Assembly (NCBI GenBank): GCA_046350755.1
Contig: JAXLZV010000001.1
Location: forward strand, 160,216 to 224,215
Length of the DNA stretch: 64,000 bases
Reading direction: 5' to 3'
Source of the DNA: Candidatus Saccharimonadota bacterium
GTDB taxonomy: Bacteria > Patescibacteriota > Saccharimonadia > CAILAD01 > GCA-016700035
Each line of letters begins with the position of its first letter. Positions within the stretch are counted from its first letter, which is position 1. This document shows positions 47,692 to 59,374 of this stretch, one piece after another. The notes under the pieces are model-generated. The model saw only the letters and a program-made list of their open reading frames with translations, did no database searches and was not told where the DNA came from. The translations under genes were made by a program, and so were the position numbers.

Positions 47692-49152
47692 TTATGCTTT
47701 TTCTAGGGTAGTCCGCAGAATGTTATTGACGATCTGCGGATTAGCTTGGCCGCGCGTCTCTTTCATCACCTGACCAACAAAAAACCCGAGCGCCTTGGCA
47801 TTACCAGATCGATAATCGGCTACCGCTTGCGGATGAGCTGCAACAATTCGCTGAATAATCGCCTCCAGCTCTCCGGTATCCGAAATCTGCTTCATGCCGC
47901 GAGCTTCGATGATTGACTGCGGGTCTTCGCCAGTCTCGCACATTACCATGAAGACTTCCTTAGCCTGGGTGGAAAACAATTCGCCAGAATGCTGCTTGTC
48001 GATCAGCGCTGCTAGTTGCTCCGAGGTAAATTTTGGTGCGATGCTGGCAGCCGCAAAGTCATCCTCGCCGCCAGTTTGCGTCTTGAGCCAAGCCTGATAG
48101 TCGCCCACCAGCCAATTTACTAACCGCTTCACACTTTCGGCTGGCAATAATTCGCGAGCTTCGGCAAAAAGCTGGCTCGTCAGACGCTGGCCAATGAGCA
48201 CATCTTGCTCGTCGACATTGAGACCAAGCTCAACCAGCTCGCGGCGAACGACAATCGGCAATACACCGACATACTTGTCTTGAGCATCACGCATATCTTG
48301 CGTGATTACGAGCGGCGGAATATCGGGTTCTGGAAAGTAACGATAATCATGTGCTTCTTCTTTCGAACGCTGTGAGAAGGTCTTGCCTTTGGCATCATCC
48401 CAGCCACGAGTCTCTTGGTCGATTACCCCACCCTTCTCAAGCACCGCAATCTGTCGCTCGATTTCGTAGGCCACGGCCCGCTCGGCGTTACGGAAGCTAT
48501 TGAGATTCTTTGTCTCAGTCCGGGTTCCAAGCTCATCCGAAGCCGAGACCGACACGTTCAAGTCAAATTTCATATTACCGTGCTGCATATCGCCAAGAGT
48601 GACGCCCAGCGTCGTAGCAATCGCATATATTTCCTGCAAATAGCGCTTGGCTTCCTGCGGAGTATGCATATCAGGGCGCGACACAATCTCAAGCAGCGGT
48701 GTACCAGCTCGATTCAGATCTACTAAAGAATAGGATTTGCCAGCTGGATGAATCAGTTTGCCAGCGTCCTCTTCCAAATGAGCTCGTTCAATGCCAATGC
48801 GGCGAAACTCACCATTCAGAAAGATTTCCACCCAGCCATCTTCGAGAATTGGCTTATCGAACTGCGTGATCTGATAGCCTTTTGGATTATCCGGATAAAA
48901 ATAATTTTTTCTATCAAACTTCGTATCTTCGCGGACCCGAGCGTTCAGTCCCTTGCCAAGTCGAATGGCCAGCTCAACAGCTCGCGCGTTCGGCAAGGGC
49001 AGTGTTCCCGGGTAGCCCAAACACACCGGACAAACGTGTGTGTTTGGAGCGGCCGCAATCGAGTTGTTGTCACAGGCACAAAACATCTTTGACTGGGTGG
49101 CCAGCTGGACATGGATCTCAATACCAATGGTCGGCGTATAGTGAGTACTCAT
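47692..49152 (-). CDS. gatB: Asp/Glu-tRNA amidotransferase subunit B
   Basis: MSTHYTPTIGIEIHVQL...MFC.C at the N-terminus and a GatB/YqeY C-terminal domain. Confidence 0.93.
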   Translation of the reverse strand: MSTHYTPTIGIEIHVQLATQSKMFCACDNNSIAAAPNTHVCPVCLGYPGTLPLPNARAVELAIRLGKGLNARVREDTKFDRKNYFYPDNPKGYQITQFDKPILEDGWVEIFLNGEFRRIGIERAHLEEDAGKLIHPAGKSYSLVDLNRAGTPLLEIVSRPDMHTPQEAKRYLQEIYAIATTLGVTLGDMQHGNMKFDLNVSVSASDELGTRTETKNLNSFRNAERAVAYEIERQIAVLEKGGVIDQETRGWDDAKGKTFSQRSKEEAHDYRYFPEPDIPPLVITQDMRDAQDKYVGVLPIVVRRELVELGLNVDEQDVLIGQRLTSQLFAEARELLPAESVKRLVNWLVGDYQAWLKTQTGGEDDFAAASIAPKFTSEQLAALIDKQHSGELFSTQAKEVFMVMCETGEDPQSIIEARGMKQISDTGELEAIIQRIVAAHPQAVADYRSGNAKALGFFVGQVMKETRGQANPQIVNNILRTTLEKA

Positions 49153-49604
49153 GACAGCGTTACTCCGAGATCCTGTATGCCACGACCAAGTTTTCGTACG
49201 GCATCTTCGACCTGTGATTTGACGATATCAATCGCGACCTCGTGAGCGATCTGGTTGCGCAATTTATGAGCTGTCCAAATACCATTCAGATCCGAGAAAC
49301 GATCACCGTTGAGCTTCAGTCGATCACCCATAGTGTCGCCCTGAAACCCCTTAGCCTGCATGATGTAATCGAGCAGCTTGTCGGCCTCTAAGAGCGCGTT
49401 GCGTAAACCAGCTCCACCCTGCGTCTGCATCGCCTGGATCTCAGCCCAGCGCTGGTGCACTAGATCGAGATCCAGTCCTGACTGAGTTTGAGACGGCGGA
49501 GCTTCAAATTCGCTTGACCGACTTGATTTTGGATTCTGTCCACGCATGTACATCAATAAGCCACCGATCACGAGAGTCGCCAGAATTAATGAAACAAATG
49601 TCAT
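49149..49604 (-). CDS. Hypothetical single-pass membrane protein encoded between gatA and gatB
   Basis: N-terminal TM helix (FVSLILATLVIGGLLMYM). Its stop overlaps the gatB start by 4 nt and its own start overlaps the gatA stop by 4 nt. Confidence 0.5.
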   Translation of the reverse strand: MTFVSLILATLVIGGLLMYMRGQNPKSSRSSEFEAPPSQTQSGLDLDLVHQRWAEIQAMQTQGGAGLRNALLEADKLLDYIMQAKGFQGDTMGDRLKLNGDRFSDLNGIWTAHKLRNQIAHEVAIDIVKSQVEDAVRKLGRGIQDLGVTLS

Positions 49605-51040
49605 ACTGCCGTTACCTCGAGTCGAGTGTTGAGAATTGACTCCGCATCGCGGGCAGCGGCAAACAATGCTGTCTCACCTTTCTGTGGAGCGATTAGCTGC
49701 AGCCCCAGCGGTAAAGTCTTTACTCCTGCAATTGGCAGAGAAATCGCTGGCACTCCCGCCAGATTTGCCCCGACTGTCATGACATCAGCTAAATACATCT
49801 GCACAGGATCGTGAGTATTGGCACCAAATGCAAAAGCCGAGTCGGGGGTGGTTGGACCAATCAGAATATCAAACTCACCAAACGCCCGCCTAAAGTCCTC
49901 AATAATTAGCGTTCGTACCTGCATCGCTTTCTTATAGTAGGCGTCATAGTAGCCAGCCGAAAGAGTGTATGTACCAGTCAATACGCGACGCTGCACTTCA
50001 GGGCCTAAATGACGACCGCGCGTCTGACGATAGACTTCCTCTAGGCTATCTACATTGCGTTCACTCGAACCATAGCGAATGCCGTCATAGCGTTCGAGAT
50101 TGGAAGAAATCTCCGACGGAGTAACGATGTAATAACAAGGCAAAGCGTCAACCAAACGCGGTAATGATACAGTTTCAATCGCCCAACCAGCTTGACGCAA
50201 CTCTGCTAAAACCGCCTCATAGCGCAGGCGCACCGACTCCTCGAGGCCGTTCATATACTCCTCAATCAGGCCGACTTTTTTCGGCCGGGCAGCTGATGAA
50301 AAATCCGTCGACTCAAGGTCGATAGTTGTGGCATCGTGGGTATCCCGACCAGCAATAATCTCCGTTACCAGCGCCGCATCAGCGACAGTCCGCGCCAGTG
50401 GCCCAACCACATCGAGCGAGCTGGCCATCGCCACCACTCCGTAGCGACTGACGGCACCGTAGGTCGGCTTGACTCCAACCACGCCACAATAAGCCGCCGG
50501 CTGACGAATGCTGCCACCTGTATCAGTACCCAGCGAAAAGAGTCCGATCCCAGCCGCTACTGCCGCTGCTGAGCCGCCAGAGCTACCCCCTGGCACATGT
50601 CCTAGCTCATGTGGATTTTTACTCGGCCCATAGGCTGAATACTCGGTAGAGCCACCGTGAGCAAACTCATCCTGATTCACCTTAGCAATTAAAACCGCGT
50701 CCTCTGCGAGCAAAGCCTGCATCGCCGTTCCCGTGTAGGGAGCAATGAATTCATCGAGGATTTTACTAGCTGCAGTAGTGCGCGTACCAGCCACTAAAAA
50801 CATATCTTTCGCCGTGAATGGAATCCCCGCTAACACACCCAACTTATCGCCGGCTGCTCGACGGCGGTCAATGTCACGAGCTGCTTCAAGCGCCGCCTCA
50901 TCCAGTCGCGTCAGTACGGTCTGCAAACCATCATCGACCGCATCAATCCGGTCTAAATGGTCGCGGACAAGTTGTTCGGCTGTAATCTCACCGGCGGCCA
51001 GTCCCGCCAGCGCTTCATGAATCGTCGCAGGCTGGTTCAC
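49601..51040 (-). CDS. gatA: Glutamyl-tRNA(Gln) amidotransferase subunit A
   Basis: Amidase signature GGSSGGSAAAVA with Ser-cisSer-Lys triad context. The proposed start is the GTG at 51040, overlapping the gatC stop as GTGA; the ORF-track start at 51121 would overlap gatC by 84 nt. Confidence 0.9.
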   Translation of the reverse strand: MNQPATIHEALAGLAAGEITAEQLVRDHLDRIDAVDDGLQTVLTRLDEAALEAARDIDRRRAAGDKLGVLAGIPFTAKDMFLVAGTRTTAASKILDEFIAPYTGTAMQALLAEDAVLIAKVNQDEFAHGGSTEYSAYGPSKNPHELGHVPGGSSGGSAAAVAAGIGLFSLGTDTGGSIRQPAAYCGVVGVKPTYGAVSRYGVVAMASSLDVVGPLARTVADAALVTEIIAGRDTHDATTIDLESTDFSSAARPKKVGLIEEYMNGLEESVRLRYEAVLAELRQAGWAIETVSLPRLVDALPCYYIVTPSEISSNLERYDGIRYGSSERNVDSLEEVYRQTRGRHLGPEVQRRVLTGTYTLSAGYYDAYYKKAMQVRTLIIEDFRRAFGEFDILIGPTTPDSAFAFGANTHDPVQMYLADVMTVGANLAGVPAISLPIAGVKTLPLGLQLIAPQKGETALFAAARDAESILNTRLEVTAV

Positions 51041-51330
51041 TTCAATACCCTCGGAACCTGAATATAGCCGTCGACGTGCAAGGGCGCTCGCTGCAATAAT
51101 TCCTCTCTGGGAATAGAGCATGCTACCACCTCGTCTGGCCGCAAGACATCTACCAAGCCCGTCACCTGGCTGGTTTCGGCCACCCCCTCAGTTTCAACTG
51201 ACTGCAATTGATCAACAAAACCGACCACTTCACTCAGCTCTTTTGTGAGGGCTGGTAAAGTATTGTCCTCAACGCGAACTCTTGCCAAGCGAGCAATTCG
51301 CGCCACATCAGCTTCAGTTAGTCTACTCAT
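51037..51330 (-). CDS. gatC: Glutamyl-tRNA(Gln) amidotransferase subunit C
   Basis: MSRLTEADVARIARLARVRV... is the typical GatC N-terminus. The ATG at 51330 sits directly behind a TATAAT, so the transcript may be leaderless. Confidence 0.8.
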   Translation of the reverse strand: MSRLTEADVARIARLARVRVEDNTLPALTKELSEVVGFVDQLQSVETEGVAETSQVTGLVDVLRPDEVVACSIPREELLQRAPLHVDGYIQVPRVLK

Positions 51331-51372
51331 CAGATTATAGTATACCAATTCTGACGATATGATTCGAGCCGG

Positions 51373-52494
51373 CTATTGGCCGTAGCGCTGCGAATTGACC
51401 AGCCATTTCTTTGTCGAGCTGTCTTGCGCTATCAGCAGGATGTAATTTTGCGTGTAGGTGGTATCCGGAGCGTAGTCTGACTTTGTCACAAATGTCACGG
51501 TTTCGATGATCTCATACTGATCGCCTTTCTTCTCGGTATTTACCCGGCGATAGGTTGTTGGATAATTGAATTTTCGAGCCGAGGGACTGACTTGACCGAA
51601 ATCATATTCGGCGGCGAAGGCTGTCGTCATATACTTGCGCATTTCTGTCGTATTCCCTGCGATAAAGGCCTGGGTCCAGCTGGCCATCGCCTCTTCAGCA
51701 TTGGCTTGGTTTTGCTTCTGCTGATCAGCTGCAGTCTTCTCGGCTTCCGCCTTAGCGTCAGCTTCGCTAAGCGTTGATTTGTGAGCTGATATCACTGTCG
51801 TCATACGTTCTGACAGGGTGAAATAACTATCGGGAAAATTCTCCTTCAGAACCGATATTTCTTGCTTCGCATCATCGACAGTCAGCTTCGTCTTCGTGGC
51901 CAGACTTTTGAGTTCATCAAGGTTGGATTCGCTGGCCTGACTCAGATCACCAGCTAACTTACGCGAGGCAACGGTATACTCCTTGAGCTCAGTCACCGTC
52001 GCGCTATATTGCCGCAAAGCCGCCGCATCGGTAAATAATTTTGGTAATTTTGCTTCGGCATCGAGACTATCATCAAGCCGATCCTGCATATCACCAAGAC
52101 TATTTTCTACGGCACCAAAACTATCATAGGTAGCCTTCTCAGCTTCGACCGCAACTCGATCAGCCGCCGCCGCAAGTCGTCGCCAATCGGAGCTCATGTA
52201 GTCCTGGGCGAGCTGACGATTGCGTAGCCACAGCCCCACGATGGCAAGTGCAATCAAGACCGATACCACTCCTAATATAATGCCCCACACTTTTGGTCGT
52301 TTATACCAGGGCCGCAAATCAGTCTTCTTTGGCTTCTCCATGCCATCGGTCAGTTCAGCCGCTTGAGGCGCATTCGTTTCCGGTGGGGATACAGCATCGG
52401 TCTCGGCCGATTCAGCCTGAGGCGTATCCTCGAGGCCAAGCTCATCCTCGAGAATTGGTTTATGCTGCGGCTCGTCCGCACCAGACGTATTCAT
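51373..52494 (-). CDS. Hypothetical membrane protein (acidic N-terminus, one TM helix, coiled-coil-rich extracytoplasmic region)
   Basis: TM helix VWGIILGVVSVLIALAIVGLWL; no motif recognised. Confidence 0.45.
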   Translation of the reverse strand: MNTSGADEPQHKPILEDELGLEDTPQAESAETDAVSPPETNAPQAAELTDGMEKPKKTDLRPWYKRPKVWGIILGVVSVLIALAIVGLWLRNRQLAQDYMSSDWRRLAAAADRVAVEAEKATYDSFGAVENSLGDMQDRLDDSLDAEAKLPKLFTDAAALRQYSATVTELKEYTVASRKLAGDLSQASESNLDELKSLATKTKLTVDDAKQEISVLKENFPDSYFTLSERMTTVISAHKSTLSEADAKAEAEKTAADQQKQNQANAEEAMASWTQAFIAGNTTEMRKYMTTAFAAEYDFGQVSPSARKFNYPTTYRRVNTEKKGDQYEIIETVTFVTKSDYAPDTTYTQNYILLIAQDSSTKKWLVNSQRYGQ

Positions 52495-52526
52495 TACCCT
52501 TATGCTACGCTGCTACGGCGCTGGGT

Positions 52527-55283
<2,757 letters not shown>

Positions 55284-55287
<4 letters not shown>

Positions 55288-56246
55288 GCGTGTTTGCCCA
55301 TTTCTTCCAGTCGTTGGATGCGTTCGGTGGTTGGTGGATGTGTTGAAAAAAGCTTTGCCGCAAAGCCGCGCTGGTCCTTAGCCTTCACATTGTCGCGCAA
55401 AGGGTTGATGATGTACATATTGGCCGTGGCTTTATTGGCTGCTTCTAGCGGCTCAGTATCGGCGGATATTTTCTTCAGGGCATTGGCAAGCCCTTCTGGA
55501 TAGCGCGTCAACAATGCACCCGAAGCGTCCGCAAGAAATTCACGTTTACGGCTTACTGCCAGCTGAATCAAAACCCCAATGATTGGCGCCACAATCGCCA
55601 AGGCCAGGGCTACAAACATAAACAGCGCGTTATTATTACCGCCGCCACCACCATCACCGTCGTCGCCGCCGCCAAACATCCAGCCCCAGCGCAAAAATAA
55701 ATCCGACAGCAATGCGATCACCGACACTAGAACTGCAATCAAGCTCATCAATCGAATATCATAGTTACCGACGTGCGAAAGCTCGTGAGCGATAACGCCT
55801 TCGAGTTCTGTTTTACTCAGCTTGGTGAGCAACCCTGACGTCACACAGATAACTGCATGTTGCGGATCACGACCAGTCGCGAAGGCATTGGGCGCTGTGT
55901 CATCGATAATATAGACCCGTGGTGTCGGCAAACCGGCCGTGATTGCCAAATTCTCGACGATTCGATACAGCTCCGGCGCGGACTTTTTATCAACTTGCTT
56001 AGCGCCCGACGCCGCCAGCACCATCTTGTCGGAGTTATAGTAGCTAATCCAGGTATACAGGATTGATGAACCAACTGCAAAATACAAAATCGCTGGGTTT
56101 CCGGTAGCCCGCGAAAATACCCAGCCGATACCGACCGTAATCAGTAAAAAGGCAATAACCAAGAACGTAGAATTACGTTTGTTGCGCGCGACCTCAGTGT
56201 ACATACTACTATTATACCGTTTTCTCGCTTGAGATGGGGATGTCAT
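55284..56246 (-). CDS. htpX: Zinc metalloprotease HtpX (M48) with a Gly/Asp-rich insertion
   Basis: HELSHVGNYD (HExxH), TM helices and a GGGDDGDGGGGGNNN loop. Confidence 0.88.
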
Positions 56247-56311
56247 CAGCTTAAGCGAGCACTAAAAAGCCCCCGCTCAGCAGGGGACTTTTTAGGTTTG
56301 GATCGTTTAAT

Positions 56312-56902
56312 CTATGCTTTTGGTGTCGTATCGTCAAACTTCACATCAACTGGCTTTTCGACCGCGGCCTTCTCGTCAGCAGCAACTTCGAAGAATTCGT
56401 AGGTATGGAAGCCGAGTGAGTTAGCGATCATATTCGTCGGGAAGACCTTCAGCTTAATATTGAAGTCACGCACGTTGCCATTATAGAAGCGACGCGAAGC
56501 CTGGATCTTATCCTCAGTGTCGACCAGCTCTTGCTGTAGCTGTAGGAAGTTCTGATTAGCCTTCAGGTCTGGGTAGTTTTCAGCTACCGCAAACAAACTT
56601 TTGAGCGTCCCAGACAGCATATTATCAGCCTCGGCTTGCTTGGCCAGATCGCCCTCTGGAGCTGCAATCGCCTGATTACGAGCCTTTGTCACATTCTCGA
56701 GAACTTCTTTTTCGTGCTTGGCATAGCCCTTCACGGTCTCGACAATGTTTGGAATCAGATCGAGTCGACGCTTCATCTGAACGGTGATGTCTGACAGCGC
56801 CTCATCGACTCGGGTGTGTGCCTTGACGAGACCATTGTAGGTCGCCCACAACCAAATCGCGATCACTACGACCAGTGCTAAAACGATATAAATAATGACC
56901 AT
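56312..56902 (-). CDS. lemA: LemA family protein
   Basis: An N-terminal TM helix and a LemA-type coiled-coil body; the lemA-htpX adjacency is common. Confidence 0.8.
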   Translation of the reverse strand: MVIIYIVLALVVVIAIWLWATYNGLVKAHTRVDEALSDITVQMKRRLDLIPNIVETVKGYAKHEKEVLENVTKARNQAIAAPEGDLAKQAEADNMLSGTLKSLFAVAENYPDLKANQNFLQLQQELVDTEDKIQASRRFYNGNVRDFNIKLKVFPTNMIANSLGFHTYEFFEVAADEKAAVEKPVDVKFDDTTPKA

Positions 56903-57020
56903 TGATAACTCCTTACTAGATTGCTTTCATTGTAACGCAACCGACAAGCCACTACTAGAGAATTTCTACAGCTCATCGACCTATTTACCCCAGGATATGA
57001 CCAGCACGCCGACCAGATCC

Positions 57021-57094
57021 TGGAGGCACCTACCGGAATTGAACCGGTGTACGCGGTTTTGCAGACCGCTGCGTAACCACTCCGCCAAGGTGCC
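57021..57094 (-). tRNA. tRNA-Cys (anticodon GCA)
   Basis: Anticodon loop CUGCAAA, T-loop GGTTCAATTCC and a U73 discriminator (a Cys identity element) followed by CCA. Confidence 0.85.
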
Positions 57095-57132
57095 GAAGCG
57101 CGTTGACATTATACCTTATCAGGTGGGAAACA

Positions 57133-57161
57133 TTGAAATTTATCTGAAAATCGGCTACTAT
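57133..57161 (+). promoter_or_regulatory. Candidate promoter for the tRNA-Phe/tRNA-Gly operon
   Basis: TTGAAA, a 17-nt spacer and TACTAT, about 30 nt upstream of tRNA-Phe. Confidence 0.4.
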
Positions 57162-57190
57162 TATGCAGTTCGCACCTTCTGTTTTGACGA

Positions 57191-57266
57191 GGCACCTTAG
57201 CTCAGTTGGTAGAGCGACGGCCTGAAGAGCCGTGCGTCGTAGGTTCGATTCCTACAGGTGCCACCA
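57191..57266 (+). tRNA. tRNA-Phe (anticodon GAA)
   Basis: GGCACCTTAGCTCAGTTGGTAGAGC..., anticodon loop CUGAAGA and a 3' ACCA. Confidence 0.9.
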
Positions 57267-57280
57267 GAATATTTTTGCAC

Positions 57281-57356
57281 GCGGGTGTAGCTCAGCTGAT
57301 AGAGCGCTTCCTTGCCAAGGAAGAGGCCCCGGGTTTGAGTCCCGGTACCCGCACCA
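57281..57356 (+). tRNA. tRNA-Gly (anticodon GCC)
   Basis: GCGGGTGTAGCTCAGCTGATAGAGC..., anticodon loop UUGCCAA and a 3' ACCA. Confidence 0.9.
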
Positions 57357-57369
57357 GTTTTTTTCATTA

Positions 57370-57393
57370 GACCCTGCGCGGGTCTTTTTATTT
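57370..57393 (+). terminator. Rho-independent terminator after the tRNA-Phe/Gly pair
   Basis: GACCC-TGCGC-GGGTC followed by TTTTTATTT. Confidence 0.6.
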
Positions 57394-57407
57394 GCTATAC
57401 TCCTGCT

Positions 57408-57860
57408 ATGAGTAAGGCCGACGAACGGAATGACATCACTGTCGAGCAGTACATTGCCTCTCTCGAAGATGCAACGCTGCAAAACGACGCGCTAACTATC
57501 GCCGAGATCATGCAGCGCATCAGTGGCGAAAAGTCTCAACTGTACGGCTACGGCACGATAGGCTTCGGTGTCTACAAATATCATTACGAGAGTGGCCGCA
57601 AGGGTGAAGCCCACACCCTCGCCTTCTACCCTAGGAAAGGTAAAATTACCGTTTATCTCATGGATGGCACGACACGTCACGCACAGCTCCTCGCCAAACT
57701 CGGGAAGCACATGATTACCGGCTACTGCATTTATTTCAAGCGGCTCAGCGACATCGAGCTACCGATCCTCGAGCAGATCATTCAAGCTTCCTACGATCAC
57801 ATTACTGACCTTTCGAAGGATGGTCCCATCACTCAGAACATGTGGCGAACCGAGAAATAG
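57408..57860 (+). CDS. DUF1801 (YdhG-like) domain protein
   Basis: A 150-aa ORF with an A..Y.A...DATLQND layout typical of DUF1801; family assignment is from memory of the domain pattern only. Confidence 0.45.
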   Translation: MSKADERNDITVEQYIASLEDATLQNDALTIAEIMQRISGEKSQLYGYGTIGFGVYKYHYESGRKGEAHTLAFYPRKGKITVYLMDGTTRHAQLLAKLGKHMITGYCIYFKRLSDIELPILEQIIQASYDHITDLSKDGPITQNMWRTEK

Positions 57861-57864
57861 TCAC

Positions 57865-58329
57865 CTACTCCGCCAGCTGCACGAATACATAATCCAGCGA
57901 CTCTTTGACTACCGTCATAGTGATGATGATTACGAGCAAGCCGACGAAGCCACTCACCTCCACTGCCCCGCCAAACACTAGCTCAATCACCCAGAGAAAC
58001 ACAAACTTCGAGCCGAAGAGCACTAGCCAGCTGCCGAACCAGAAGCCAGCGTTCTTCGGCGCTTTCGTCAGCTGTTGTACCCAGCTGGCGAAGCTTTTTT
58101 TAAAACGCAGAGTCAGGTAAGTTAGAACCTGCATAACGAGCGCGACCAGAAAGGTCGTCGAATATGAACGAGTAGTGAGAATATTCGTGTAGTCATTAAA
58201 GAAGCCGAGCACGACGGCATACACCAGCGTGCCGAACACCATCTCACGAAACAGGGCTTGGCGCGGAGTCATAGCGCGTAATGAGGCTTTCATGACGTCA
58301 TTATAGCTGGTCCCTGAAGCTAAAAGCAT
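57865..58329 (-). CDS. Hypothetical membrane protein
   Basis: Four hydrophobic helices; no motif recognised. Confidence 0.4.
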   Translation of the reverse strand: MLLASGTSYNDVMKASLRAMTPRQALFREMVFGTLVYAVVLGFFNDYTNILTTRSYSTTFLVALVMQVLTYLTLRFKKSFASWVQQLTKAPKNAGFWFGSWLVLFGSKFVFLWVIELVFGGAVEVSGFVGLLVIIITMTVVKESLDYVFVQLAE

Positions 58330-58375
58330 AATCTTATTCGCAACTTTTGCAACTTTTATCTATACTTAAGCACAA

Positions 58376-59356
58376 ATGCGCCACTACAACGCCATCTCAC
58401 GCATCAAAAAGGGTCGAAAATTCGTCTACATTGGCAAAGATGGTGAGGTGCGCAACAAAAAGACACTGGCCTATATCGAGTCGCTCGCCATTCCGCCGGC
58501 TTGGGATGCGGTAACGATCTCCAGTTCACCAAATGCCAAGGTTCTCGCCACCGGCCAAGACGCAGCTGGACGCTCACAGTCGATATACAACCCAAAGTTT
58601 CGCGCTCGGCAGGAAAAGCTAAAGTTTGACCGCATTCTCCGCTTTGCCGATGCTCTGCCTCGCCTGCGCCGTCAAATCAATACCGACCTGAGTCGCAAGC
58701 GCTTAGTCAAAGAAAAAGTATTAGCCTGTATCGTACGGCTCATCGATGAAGCCTATTTCCGCGTCGGCAACGAAAAATACGCCCGTGAAAACCACAGCTA
58801 TGGCATCACTACCCTACGCTCTAAGCACACCGACGTAACCGGCAGCACTGTGACGTTTGATTTTATCGGCAAAAGCGGCAAGCAACACATTAAGTCCATC
58901 ACCGATAAGCAGGTGGCGCGGATCGTCAAGCAGCTCGATGAGCTCCCTGGCTATGAGGTTTTTCGCTATATCGATCACGAAGGTAAGCTACACGACATCG
59001 ATAGCGCCGACGTCAATGAGTACATCAAGCAATACATGGGCGAAGAATTCAGCGCCAAGGATTTTCGAACCTGGGGCGGTACACTACTCGCCACCAGTGA
59101 ACTCCTAGCCTGCGAGCGCTTTCGCCACCGAGCCGATCGACAGCGCCAGGTGGTTGAGGTCGTACGTAATGTCGCCGAGCGACTCGGTAATACCCCAGCC
59201 GTCGCCCGCGGTAGCTACATCGATCCACGCGTGATTGAAGCCTACACCGAATCAACCCGACTGGAGAAAATCAAAGTCGCCATGGAAAAGATGCGCCCTA
59301 AAAAATACATGAGTCGCGACGAACAGGCAGTCTTGCGCCTCTTAGAAATCAGTTAA
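58376..59356 (+). CDS. DNA topoisomerase IB (bacterial/poxvirus-type)
   Basis: N-terminus YIGKDGEVRNKKTLAYIESLAIPPAWDAV, the catalytic pentad context (K...R...KDFRTWGG...H) and an active-site Tyr in ARGSYIDP; ~326 aa, as for Deinococcus TopIB. Confidence 0.75.
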   Translation: MRHYNAISRIKKGRKFVYIGKDGEVRNKKTLAYIESLAIPPAWDAVTISSSPNAKVLATGQDAAGRSQSIYNPKFRARQEKLKFDRILRFADALPRLRRQINTDLSRKRLVKEKVLACIVRLIDEAYFRVGNEKYARENHSYGITTLRSKHTDVTGSTVTFDFIGKSGKQHIKSITDKQVARIVKQLDELPGYEVFRYIDHEGKLHDIDSADVNEYIKQYMGEEFSAKDFRTWGGTLLATSELLACERFRHRADRQRQVVEVVRNVAERLGNTPAVARGSYIDPRVIEAYTESTRLEKIKVAMEKMRPKKYMSRDEQAVLRLLEIS

Positions 59357-59374
59357 GCCAACAACCGAGACTAT

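Noticed and set aside
51041-51121. Upstream extension of gatA to the first in-frame ATG
   Set aside because: It would overlap gatC by 84 nt. A GTG at 51040 overlaps the gatC stop (GTGA) and gives a GatA of normal length.
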